DNA of 64,000 nt, taken from NCBI GenBank assembly GCA_051313645.2, contig JBNRSN020000007.1, positions 105,400,001 to 105,464,000 of the forward strand, given 5' to 3'. This DNA is from Centroscyllium fabricii. Its lineage: Eukaryota. The notes below the pieces were generated by a model that searched no databases, had not been told where the DNA came from, and worked only from the letters and a program-made list of their open reading frames with translations. Position numbers and translations under genes: made by a program. Positions 46,571 to 57,294 of the stretch are shown piece by piece (the first letter of the stretch is position 1; every line of letters starts with the position of its first letter).

Positions 46571-49323
46571 GGACTGCAAGCCGATAGCCACAAAGAGCAG
46601 ACGCTACAGTCTGGGGGATAGGCTTTTTATCAAAGCCGAGGTTCAGCGGCTCCTGAAGGAGGGGGTCATCGAGGCTAGCACCAGCCCCTGGAGAGCCCAA
46701 GTGGTAGTCGTTAAAACCGGAGCGAAACATTGCATGGTAATCGACTACAGTCAGACCATAAATAGGTATACCCAGCTGGACGCGTACCCCCTACCACGCA
46801 TTTCTGACATGGTAAATCAGATTGCGCAATATCGGGTGTTCTCAACGATCGACCTGAAGTCCGCGTACCACCAGCTCCCCATCCGCCCCGAAAACCGCCA
46901 GTACACCGCCTTTGAGGCGAACGGCCGTCTCTATCACTTCCTCCGGGTCCCTTTTGGTGTCACCAACGGGGTATCTGTCTTCCAGCGGGAGATGGACCGT
47001 ATGGTGGACCAACATGGGCTGCGGGCTACCTTCCCTTATCTAGATAATGTGACCATCTGCGGCCACGACATGCAGGACCACGACGCTAACCTGCCGAAAT
47101 TTCTCCAAACAGCTCAGCTCCTTAATCTCACCTACAACAAGGAGAAATGCGTTTTCACACCACCCACCTGGCCATTCTGGGCTGTGTTATGGAGAATAGG
47201 ATCATAAGTCCCGACCCCGAGCGCATGCGCCCCCACAGCCTCAAGGCCCTGAAAAGGTGCCTGGGCTTTTTCTCTTATTACGCCCAGTGGGTCTCTCGCT
47301 ATGCGGACAAGGCACGCCCCCTCATTAAATCCTCCTCTTTGCCCCTAGCGGCAGAAGCCCAAGTGGCTTTCAAGAGCATCAAATCAGACATCGCTAAAGC
47401 GACCATGCACGCCGTGGACGAATCGACCCCGTTCCAGGTAGAAAGCGATGCCTCCGACTTCGCTCTTGCCGCTACCCTCAATCAGGCAGGGCGACTTGTG
47501 GCCTTCTTTTCCCACACCCTCCAAGGCCCGGAGATCAGGCACTCCTCTGTGGAAAAAGAAGCCCAGGCCATTGTGGAGGCGGTGCGGCACTGGAGACATT
47601 ACCTGGCCAGTAAGAGATTCACCCTGCTCACTGACCAGCGTTCAGTGGCTTTCATGTTTAACAATAAACAGCGGGCCAAGATCAAAAATGACAAGATCCT
47701 GAGGTGGAGAATTGAGCTGTCCACCTACAATTACGATATCTTATACCGGCCCGGTAAACTCAACGAGCCCCCAGACGCGCTATCCCGCGGGACCTGTGCC
47801 AGCGCACAAGGGGATAGATTGAAATCCCTCCACAATGAGCTCTGTTACCCGGGAGTCACCCACTTCTTCCATTTTGTAAAAGCCCGCAACCTGCCCTACT
47901 CTGTTGCAGAGGTCCGGGCAGTCACCCAGAGTTGCTCCATCTGCGCGGAGTGTAAACCGCACTTCTACAGGCCAGACAGAGCTACACTAGTTAAGGCCAC
48001 CCGCCCCTTTGAGCGCCTCAGCGTTGACTTCAAAGGGCCCCACCCCTCCTCTGACCGGAACGTGTATATTCTGACCGTCATCGACGTGTAATCACGTTTC
48101 CCCTTCGCCATCCCTTGCCCAGACATGACCGCTGCCACGGTCATCAAGGCCCTGCACAGCATCTTTGCCATTTTCGGCCCCCCCAATTACATTCACAGTG
48201 ACCGGGGCTCCTCATTTATGAGTGATGAGCTGCGCCAGTACCTGCTCGCGAAAGGAGTGGCTACGAGCAGGACTACCAGCTACAACCCCCGAGGGAATGG
48301 CCAGGTGGAGCGGGAGAATGGGACAGTCTGGAAGGCTACCCTCCTAGCCCTGCAGTCTAGGGACCTCCCAGTCTCCCGCTGGCATGCGGTCCTCCCTGAC
48401 GCGCTCCACTCCATTAGGTCGCTGCTCTGCACTGCGACTAACGCCACCCCTCACGAGCAGATGTTTGCTTTTCCTAGGAAGTCCACCTCGGGGACCTCGC
48501 TACCATTGTGGCTGACGTCCCCACGACCAGTCCTACTCAGGAAGCACGTGAGGGGCCATAAGACGGATCCCCTGGTCGAAAGGGTTCAGCTTCTCCACGG
48601 CAACCCCCAATATGCCTATGTGGTGTTCCCTGATGGGCGGGAGGACACAGTCTCTATCAGGGATCTGGCGCCCCCGGGTGACTTTTCGATCACCACCCCC
48701 CTCCACCGTTTCCCCTCCCCCCACCACCAATTTGCCACCCCCCAACACCATGTCTCCAACCCTCCCACCGTATCTCTCGATGAACCGCTGTTACCCTCCT
48801 TTTGTCTAGCCCCTGTAGACGGTACGCCTGCGACCCGGGACCAGCTGATGCACGACTCTCCGATGACTCCGGCTACGCCACAGACGATGCAGACCACCCC
48901 GCCTGGAGATCCCGCGCAGCAACCGGAACTATGCCGCTCACTCAGGACGATCAGACCCCCCGACAGACTTAATCTTTGACCCCGCCGGAAACACTTTTAA
49001 ACAAGGGGTGAATGTGGTAAACCACAATACGGTTTACCACCACGTATCCACTGTTGTATATAGTTACCACGTTATTCACTGTTTATTCACTGTTTGTATA
49101 TAGTCACTTGCAATACCGTTCGCCACCGCTGTTTGTAACCTCGGTTCTCGGAGGACTCGGTCAGTGCTGGCTCCACCCACATTCGGAGTATAAAGCCAGC
49201 GGCTGCTGAGCTTTCCCCATTTTCCCCTGGACTTGACTGTGGAAGGAGCCAGGCTCAAATCACTGCTAATAAAAGCCTTAGTTGAACCTCAACCAATCTT
49301 TGAGTTTAATTGATCGTGCATCA
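46571..49323 (+). mobile_element. Mag-like Gypsy element A4, 5'-truncated (RT-RH-IN pseudogene plus 3' LTR 49013-49323)
   Basis: Begins at DCKPIATKSRRYS; YLDN at 47037-47048; frameshift at ~47160; stop at 48089-48091. PPT TTTTAAACAAGGGGTGAA. LTR TGTGGTAAACC...GCATCA with TAATAAAAGCCT. Confidence 0.93.
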
Positions 49324-50714
49324 CCATGGTGATGCGGTCATGCGCCACTGACTCCGCAAAGGATCTGCTCATGCTCGCGACGGACTCCTCCATTCGCTTG
49401 ACACCCACAGCTACCTCGGAGACAAAACCTGTCAGAGACGCCTGCATCTCTGTCTGGAGTCCCAGCATCTGTACTCTGCCTGATGGATCCAGAGACACAG
49501 GATCGACATGCAGCTGAGCTAAGTTGGCAGAGTCCTGCGCCCTCCGACTAGGACTCTGCAATGCTGTCCCTGTCTCCACAATCTGCTGAGGCTCACTTGT
49601 GGTTTGTGATTCACCCGGTGATAATACAAATCTATGTCTAGAGGGGCCCACCGAGGTGCTAGTATCTGCGCTCGTGCTGGGTGGCATCAGTGCTGCTGAC
49701 GGTGCGCCCTCAAAGGTGGGAGCTTCCTCTGAGGACTGTACATGGCCCGGGTCTTCAGCATCAGCACTCCCCCGGTGCTCTGCGGATGGTCCTGTGGGGC
49801 AGTAAAGGAAGAGGTTACAGATATGTCACCAAGGTTACATAGACATAGCATTCAGCAGATGAGCAGAAGTCCATCTGCAGTGCTTTTATATTCATTGTGG
49901 CAGACTCATGTGATAGCTATGAGAGAGATATGAAACCATTCTGTCACCAGCTTCCGAAGCCGAGCCTGCCTCTCCGTCACCCACTCCGGGGGCTTCTACC
50001 TCTCCCACCAGCTCCAGGACTGCCTCCTCCCAGGTGCTCAGCTGCAGGATGGAGGGGGGTCCTCCTCCGGTCCTGGCTCTCTGGCGCTTGATGGCGGTTG
50101 TCTTTTCCTGCAATGAGGGAGAGAAGTGGAGGTTGAGTGAGATGGAAGGAGTTGGTGCAGCGAGTGAACAGCAAAGATAGTTGGAGGGAGAGAAAGATGG
50201 AGTAAGGCTGCAAGACCAAAGGCTCTTCCTGTGTGCTGTCAGATGCGCTGCAAGCATGAGAGTGAGAGGGAGTGTCAGGGCTGCATGACAGAGAAGGACT
50301 GTGATTGTGAGCATAGAGAGCGAGGGAATGGGTAAGGGTGCTTGGAGGTGATAGTGAAGTGGGATGTGGAGGAAGGGAGTGGTGAAGCTAAGTGCTGGTG
50401 AGGAAAGGTGAGGGGGATCAGATTGAGGGTGATGGGAAAGTAATACTTACTTTAGCAGTGTGGTGCAGGTCATGGAATCTCTTCCTACACTGGAGCCAAA
50501 ACCGGGGTGTTGTGCCCAAGGAGCTGACCCCCTCAGCCACCTGCAGCCAAGCAGCCTTGGTCTGGGAGGGAGGTCTCTTCCTCCCTGACGAGGGGAAGAG
50601 AACCTCCCTGTGGGTCGTTGCCCCCTCAACTAAGGCATCGAGGGAGGCGTCATCAAATTTGGGGGCGGGTCGTCCCCTCCCGTTGCCCGATGCAGCACCC
50701 TCACACTCTGCCAT
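49324..50714 (-). CDS. spliced Myb/SANT-like DNA-binding protein (Harbinger ORF2/NAIF1-like); exons 50714-50451, 50107-49948 and 49791-<49324, cut by the A4 LTR
   Basis: RPAPKFDDASLDALVEG..REVLFP..AAWLQVAEGVSS..RFWLQCRKRFHDL | EKTTAIKRQRARTGGGPP. Canonical GTAAGT/CAG and GTGACA/CAG junctions give one continuous frame into MPPSTSADTSTSVG. Confidence 0.8.
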
Positions 50715-50969
50715 CCTGGTGAAGGCTTGTAGAATGCTGAGCAGTGCGGGAGGCGAGCCGTGTTCATTAAAAGAAAGGGGAATGCTGACGTCATATTCTG
50801 CGACTTTCTGACTGGAAATCGTTGATTGAGAAGGCTTCCCACAGGCAGGGATTTAATTGGGTACTTAGGCTAAACTAGTGTGGGAAACGCAGGCACTTTA
50901 GCAGGCGGGGCCAAAACCTGCCCCGACCAATCACCGCCAATTCCCCGCCATTCCGGCAAAATCCCCCCC
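49324..50969 (-). mobile_element. PIF/Harbinger-type DNA transposon fragment (one end, with the Myb/SANT gene)
   Basis: Candidate terminus GGGGGGGATTTTGCCGG (minus strand, ~50969-50953) and a Myb-like gene. The transposase half is absent. Confidence 0.7.
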
Positions 50970-51185
50970 AAAGAGTGGTAGAAGTTTGGAACTCTCTTCT
51001 GCAATCGGCAATTGATGCTAGATCAACTGTTAATTTTAAATCAGAGATCGATAGCTTTTTGTGAACTAACAGTATTAAGGGGTATGGACCAAAGACGGGT
51101 ATATGGAGTTAGGTCGCAGATCAGCCATGATTGAATGGCGAAACAGGCTCGAGGATCTGAATGGCCTACTCCTGTTCCTATAACT
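50970..51185 (+). mobile_element. CR1 LINE 3' end fragment
   Basis: AGAGTGGTAGAAGTTTGGAACTCTCT..GAGATCGATAG..GATCAGCCATGATTGAATGGCG..GGCTCGAGG..AATGGCCTACTCCTGTTCCTAT. Confidence 0.8.
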
Positions 51186-51846
51186 TATTTAATTTATGGT
51201 TCCTCTCCATAATGGAATGGGCACCTGAGCAGCACTAAACTAAGTGGTTAACATTAGGTGCTGAAGGGGTGATCATTTGCAAAAGAAGAAAAAAGTTGCT
51301 TCTGGATGGGTGGCCCTTTCCTTTCCTTCATTTTCTTTTTTGTCCTTCTCCTTCGCCTTCCCCTTCTCTGTTATTTGTGACTTCCAACTGTCAGATACTG
51401 CAAGCGGAATCCGTGCCCCACCAAATGTTTACAAATTGTGACATTGTAAGGGCGGCCAACAGCCATTCAGTAGATTCTGGCACCCGATATTGCAGCTCCC
51501 AACGCACATGGCATTGACAGGCTGTTATGTGTTGGAAGTGCCACCAAAATATAGTAATGAACTGACTATTGAGCAGGCAAGGTCAGTTCATTTTGCCACA
51601 AACACAAGCAGCATCTGAGGATTAAAGAACATTTTTCCAGGGGGGTTGGGGAGATTGTACTCCAATAGGGAAGCTATAGTGAACCTACTCCAGAAAATAA
51701 ATCCCACTGTAAATAGGACGGAGCTATTCACTGTCATGTTGCTCTATATATTGCCAAAGCAGGTACTTCGCTTTTAAAAACTGTAAGGGATCATTAATTT
51801 TTCTTATCTTCACAAACAAAGCTTTGGCATGCCACAATTGAAAGCC

Positions 51847-51975
51847 ATGATGTGGAGGTGCCGGTGTTGGACTGGGGTGGACAAATGCAAGAAGTCACAC
51901 AACACCAGATTATAGTCCAACAGTTTTATTTTAAATCACAAGCTTTTGGAGCTTCTGCCCCTTCATCAGGTGAAA
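51847..51975 (-). mobile_element. short repeat, probably a Penelope-like terminus, with a hammerhead-ribozyme-like core
   Basis: Minus strand reads CAC-CTGATGA-AGGGGC-AGAA-GCTCC-AAAA-GCTT-GTG, followed by AATAAAA. Confidence 0.5.
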
Positions 51976-52683
51976 GAGAGACTGACTTAAAGAACGCACA
52001 TATGGGAGGAAGGGAGAAATCCGATCTCTCCCACATCTCACCTTAGCAGAGATAGACAGAGCACACAAAGGCGTATTAACATATTTTAAGAGATTCATTT
52101 AAACATAGCATATATAGAGAGAAAACACAATGTGCTCTCTTTTGAAAGCAGCAGTGTGTTGTGGAGTGTACAATGTAATTCTGTTGTACACTGAGACAAC
52201 TTGCTTTTAACTGCTGAACGGAAGGCCTTAGTCTGCTTAGATAAGCATTTGATCGGGGCAAAGTGAGTCGACAGAAAATGGGTTCAACTGAAAGGTTGTA
52301 CCATTGATCTCAGCCGCACACAAGGGATGTAAATGATGAACAATCAATAATCATGGGTTACACAAAGCAATGAATCGCAACTGGATGGAATATAATCTCT
52401 CAGGCTATAAATTTCCATTTTTATTCATTTCTTAGCCAAATAATGCATCTCAGTAACAGTGACTCAGCGCCACACTGTATAATCAGTGATACCACTCTTT
52501 TCTTTAAACTGATATTTAAATGCTAGATTTAATATTGCTTTAGAAATGACAATACAGCCTCCTGTAGAAAAGGGTCCAAGCAGAGGTGATAAATTGTTTT
52601 GTTGAATATTTAATCATGGGTGCCCTTGGATAGATCACATTAAGTCCTGTGCATTCAACCGCTTAATCACACTTGCTAAGCCT

Positions 52684-52902
52684 CCCCAAGAAAATGAACC
52701 ATCTCAATGAAAATACATCTTGATGAGTTCATGCATTAGCCTTAAATATAGTTAATTAAAAACACAAAACCATAATCTCCAACAGGTTGGGCTGGGTTGT
52801 GAAGCCTTTTCTCACCTCACTCAGTGAGAACTGCAGGAGTAATCCTGCTCCCAATCGGAAACATTCAGAATCGTCCTGTCTGTATAATAATTATGGTTAT
52901 TA
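52684..52902. repeat. second copy of the ~220-bp segment at 45717-45932
   Basis: Same conserved blocks, same order and orientation. Confidence 0.8.
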
Positions 52903-53057
52903 TTTCTTGCATTTTTGGTGTCATTATTGCAACTTTACATCTTTCACATTGAATTAACCACAATTGAAATGAGCTAGCATAGGGTGAATAAGGGCATCCC
53001 TCTGCTCAACTCATCCAATCAGCCATTTTGCATATTGAACCACAGCCTGCTCCACAC

Positions 53058-54193
53058 ATAAGAACATAAGAACATAAGAAGTAGGAGCAGGAGTAGGCCA
53101 ATCGGCCCTTCGAGCCTGCTCCGCCATTCAATAAGATCATGGCTGATCTGATCCTAGCCTCAATTTTATTTTTACTCTCTACCCCGCCCCAACCAATGTA
53201 ATCACCTGGGAGAGATGAAAAACCAGACATGGCCGATCTCAACCTAGCCTCACGTCCACTTACCAGCCCGTTCACCATAACCCCTAATTCCCTTTAATTC
53301 CAGGAAACTGTCTATCTCAGTTTTAAATTTATTCAACGTAGTAGCTTCTACAGCTCTCTGTGGTAGCAAATTCCACAGCCCCACCACCCTCTGAGTAAAG
53401 AAGTTCCCCCTCATCTCAGTTTTAAAATGGGAGCCCTTTATTTTAAGATTATGCCCCCTAGTCCTAGTCTCACCCACCATTGGGAACATCCTCACCGCAT
53501 CCACCCGATCAAGCCCTCTCACAATCTTATATAACTCAATAAGATCGCCCCTCATTCTTCTGAACTCCAATGAGTAGAGGCCCAATCCACTCAGCCTCTC
53601 GTCATATGTTAGTCCCCTCATCCCCGGAACTAACCTAGTGAATCTTCTCTGCACTGCCTCGAGAGCAAGTATGTCCTTTCTTAAATAGGGACACCAGAAC
53701 TGCACGCAGTATTCCAGGTGTGGTCTCACCAATACCCTGTACAACTGCAACAAGACCTCCCTGCTTCTATACTCAATCCCCTTAGCAATAAAAGCCAACA
53801 CTCCGTTGGCCTTCCTTACCACCTGCTGCACCTGCATATTAACTTTCTGTGTCCCCTGCACCAGGACCCCCAGATCCCTTTGCACAGAAGTACTTTCCAG
53901 TTCCTTTCCATTTAGATAATAACTTGCTCTATTATTTTTCCTGCCAAAGTGCATAACTTCACATTTTCCAGTATTATATTCCATCTGCCAAATCTCTGCC
54001 CACTCACTTAGCTTATCTATGTCCTTTTGCAGGGTTTTAATGTCCTCCTCATTTATCACCCTCCCTCCCATTTTTGTGTCATCTGCAAACTTTGATATAC
54101 TGCACTTGGTCCCTTCTTCCAAATCTTTAATATATATTGTAAAGATTTGGGGTCCCAGCACCGACCCTTGCGGAACACCACTAGTGACTGACT
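53058..54193 (-). mobile_element. CR1 LINE, 5'-truncated, RT C-terminal half still open
   Basis: VTSGVPQGSVLGP, KFADDTK, RDLGVLV, VRPHLEYCVQFW, RRMRGDLIE, FFTQRVVGLWN. Tail (TTCTTATG)n at 53058-53080. Confidence 0.95.
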
Positions 54194-54207
54194 GCTTTGG
54201 GCATATT

Positions 54208-54480
54208 GGGCTGGAATTTTCCGGGGCACAGAGGGCAGGTTTGGAGGTGGGTCCGCTGTCAAAATAGCAAAGACTGACAGCGGGTAGGGAACACACTGTC
54301 AACCTGCCTCCACGCGAGTCTCCAAGATATCAGGTCTGGCTGCCAACACCAAACATCAGGAGAGTCAATTTAGATCATTAAATGGCTTGTTAACAGCCAA
54401 TTTAATGCTATTTTGAGCCTACCTTGCAATTTATGTCCTCCCCGATGGGTTACCAGCTGCTCGGGCAACACACCAGATCA
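54208..54480 (+). mobile_element. possible non-autonomous Harbinger-like end fragment
   Basis: Starts GGGCTGGAATTTTCCGG, resembling the terminus at 50969. No partner end was found. Confidence 0.3.
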
Positions 54481-55398
54481 CCCACGATATCCGCGTTTCG
54501 GAGCTGGAGCTGCAGCTGGAGTCACTGTGGAGCATCCGCAAAGCTGAGATCTTCATGGATAGCACGTTTAACGAGGTGGTCACACCGCAGATAAAGAGTG
54601 CACAGCCAGACAGGGAATGGGGGACCACAAGACAGAGTAAAAGAACTAGGAAGGTAGTGCAGGGGTCCCCTGGGTCCATCTCACTCTCCAACAGATTTTC
54701 TATTTTGGATACTGATGGGGGAGATGGTTTTTCAGGGGAATGCAGCAAGAGCCAAGTCCATGGTACTATGAGTGGCTCAGCTGCACAAGAGGGGAGGAAA
54801 AAGAATGGGAGAGCAATAGTGAAAGGGGATTCCATTGTAAGTGGAACAGATAGATGTTTCTGTGGCCGCAGACTTGACTTCAGGATGGTATGTTGCCTCC
54901 CTGGTGCTAGGATCAAGGATGTCACTGAACAGCTGTAGGGCATTCTGAAGGGGGAGGGTGAACGGTCAGAGGTCGTGGTTCACATTGGTACCAACGACAT
55001 GGGTAGAAAGAGGGATGAGGTCCTGCAACAAGAATTTAGGGAGCTAGGTAGCAGATTAAAAAGCAGGACATCAAAGGTTGTAATCTCTGGATTGCTCCCA
55101 GTGCCATGTGCTAGTGAGTACTGGAATAGGAGGATAGAGCAGATGAATGCGTGGCTAAAGAGTTGGTGCAGGAGGGAGGGCTTTAGTTTCCTGGATCACT
55201 GGGTCTGCTTCTGGGGATGGTGGGACCTGTACAAGTCGGACGGGTTGCACCTGAACCGGAATGGGACCAACATCCTTGTGGGGAGGTTTGCTACTGCTGT
55301 TGGGTGGGGGGGGGGGGTTAAACTAACTTAGCAGAGGGATGGTATACAGAGTGGAACTATAGTAGGGGGTGATGCACAGCCAAATATAGACCCAAATA

Positions 55399-55688
55399 TG
55401 CGTGGGTTTCCTCCGGGTGCTCCGGTTTCCTCCCACAGTCCAAAAATGTGCAGGTTAGGTTGATTGGCCAGGATAAATTGACCCTTAGTGTTAGGGGGAT
55501 TAAATATGTGGGGTTACGGGGATAGGGTGGGATATGTGTCGGTGCGGGATTGTGGGATATGGGGACAAGGCAGGGACAGGATGCTGGGTTTGGATGATCA
55601 GCCATGATCTCATTGAATGGCAGAGCAGGCTTGAAGGGCCGAATGGCCTACTCCTGCTCCTATCTTCTATGTTTCTATGTTTCTATGT
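55399..55688 (+). mobile_element. V-SINE/HE1-like SINE, 5'-truncated, with CR1-type 3' tail
   Basis: V-domain TGCGTGGGTTTCCTCCGGGTGCTCCGGTTTCCTCCCACAGTCCAAA; 3' end shared with CR1; (TTCTATGT)n tail. Confidence 0.85.
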
Positions 55689-55699
55689 TAAGACAGAGC

Positions 55700-55975
55700 T
55701 TTTTCTTCTTCTTAGGCAGTCCCTCGGAACCGAGGATGACTTGCTTCCACATTAAAAATGAGTTTGCAGGCGGCTGATAAGTCCAATGTGGGACCTACAG
55801 TCTCTGTCACAGGTGGGGCAGATGGTGGTTGAAGTGGTGGGTGGGTGGGGTGCTTGGGTTGATGTGCGCTCCTTGCGCTGCCTGCACTTGGCTTCCGCTT
55901 GCTCCCGGCGAAGAGACTCGAGGTGTTCGGTGCCTTCTCGAATGCTTCTCCTCCACTTTGTGTGGTCTTGGGCTA
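55700..55975 (-). mobile_element. RTE LINE 3' fragment, same family as 2659-4441
   Basis: LAQDHTKWRRSIREGTEHLESLRREQAEAK..CPTCDRDCRSHIGLIS; (AAG)n tail. Confidence 0.9.
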
Positions 55976-56596
55976 GAGCAAATATGTAACGGCACAAGGG
56001 AGTATGGCAAGGCTGGATGGCATTTATTTTAATGCAAGGAGTCTAGCGAGTAAGGCAGATGAATTGAAGGTGTTGATGAACACATGGGAGTATGACATTG
56101 TTGCTATCACAGAGACATGGTTGAGGGAGGGGCAGGACTGGCAGCTCAATATTCCAGGGTACAGAATCTTCAGGCGAGACAGAGGGGGGTGTAAAAGAGG
56201 AGGGGCTGTTGCAATATTAATCAAGGAGTCAATTACTGCTGTAAGGAGGGATTATATCTTAGTAGGTTCCTCTAATGAGGCCACATGGGTAGAAGTTAAA
56301 AACAAAAAGGGGGCAAGCACTTTTATGGGCGTGTACTATAGGCCCCCAAACAGTCAGGGGGAGATAGAGGAACAGATATGTAGGCAAATCTCAGAGAAGT
56401 GTAGAAATAATAGGTTAATAATAGTACAGGATTTCAACTTCCCCAATATTAATTGGGATAGTCAGAGTGTGAAAGGCTTAGAGGGTGCGGAATTCTTGAA
56501 GTGCATCCAGGAGAGCTTTTTGAGCCAGCATGTAGAAAGTCCTGCAAGAGAGGGGACGGTACTGGACCTAATTCAAGGGAAATAACCGGGCAAGTG

Positions 56597-56849
56597 GTCC
56601 AAATATGTGCGGGTTAGGTTAATTGGCCAGGATAAATTGACCCTTAGTGTTAGGGGGATTGAATGTGTGGGGTTACGGGGATAGGGTGGGATATGTGTCG
56701 GTGCAGGCTCGATAGGGATCGAGGGATATGGGGAGAAGGCAGGGACAGGGTGCTGGGTTTGGATGATCGGCCATGATCTCATTGAATGGCGGAGCAGGCT
56801 CGAAGGGCCAAATGGCCTACTCCTGCTCCTATCTTCTATGTTTCTATGT
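56597..56849 (+). mobile_element. second copy of the V-SINE/HE1-like SINE, further truncated
   Basis: Highly similar to 55440-55688; TTCTATGTTTCTATG tail. Confidence 0.85.
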
Positions 56850-57294
56850 GTCAGTAGGAGAGCATTTTGGTGACAGTGACCATAATTCGGTGAGGTTTAG
56901 GGTAGTCATGGAAAAGGACAAAGATGGACTGGAAATAAAGGTTCTAAATTGGGGGGAAGGCCGATTTTAATATGATAAGGCAGGATTTGGTCAAAATGGA
57001 CTGGGATCAGCTACTTGTAGGAAAATCCACTTCAGAGCAGTGGGAGACTTTCAGAAAGGAAATAGAGAGAGTACAACGCCAACATGTTCCCGTAAAGGTC
57101 AAGGGCGGGACCAACAAGCCCAGGGAACCCTGGATGTCAAGGGATATACAAGAATGGATTAGAAAAAAAGGGAGGCTTTTGGCAGATACAAAGGACTAAA
57201 AAGAGTGGAAGCCCTAGAGGAGTGGGGGGGGGGGGATATTAAAAAAGAAATTAGGAGAGCGAAGAGGTGGCAAAATAAAGGAAAATCTCAAGGT

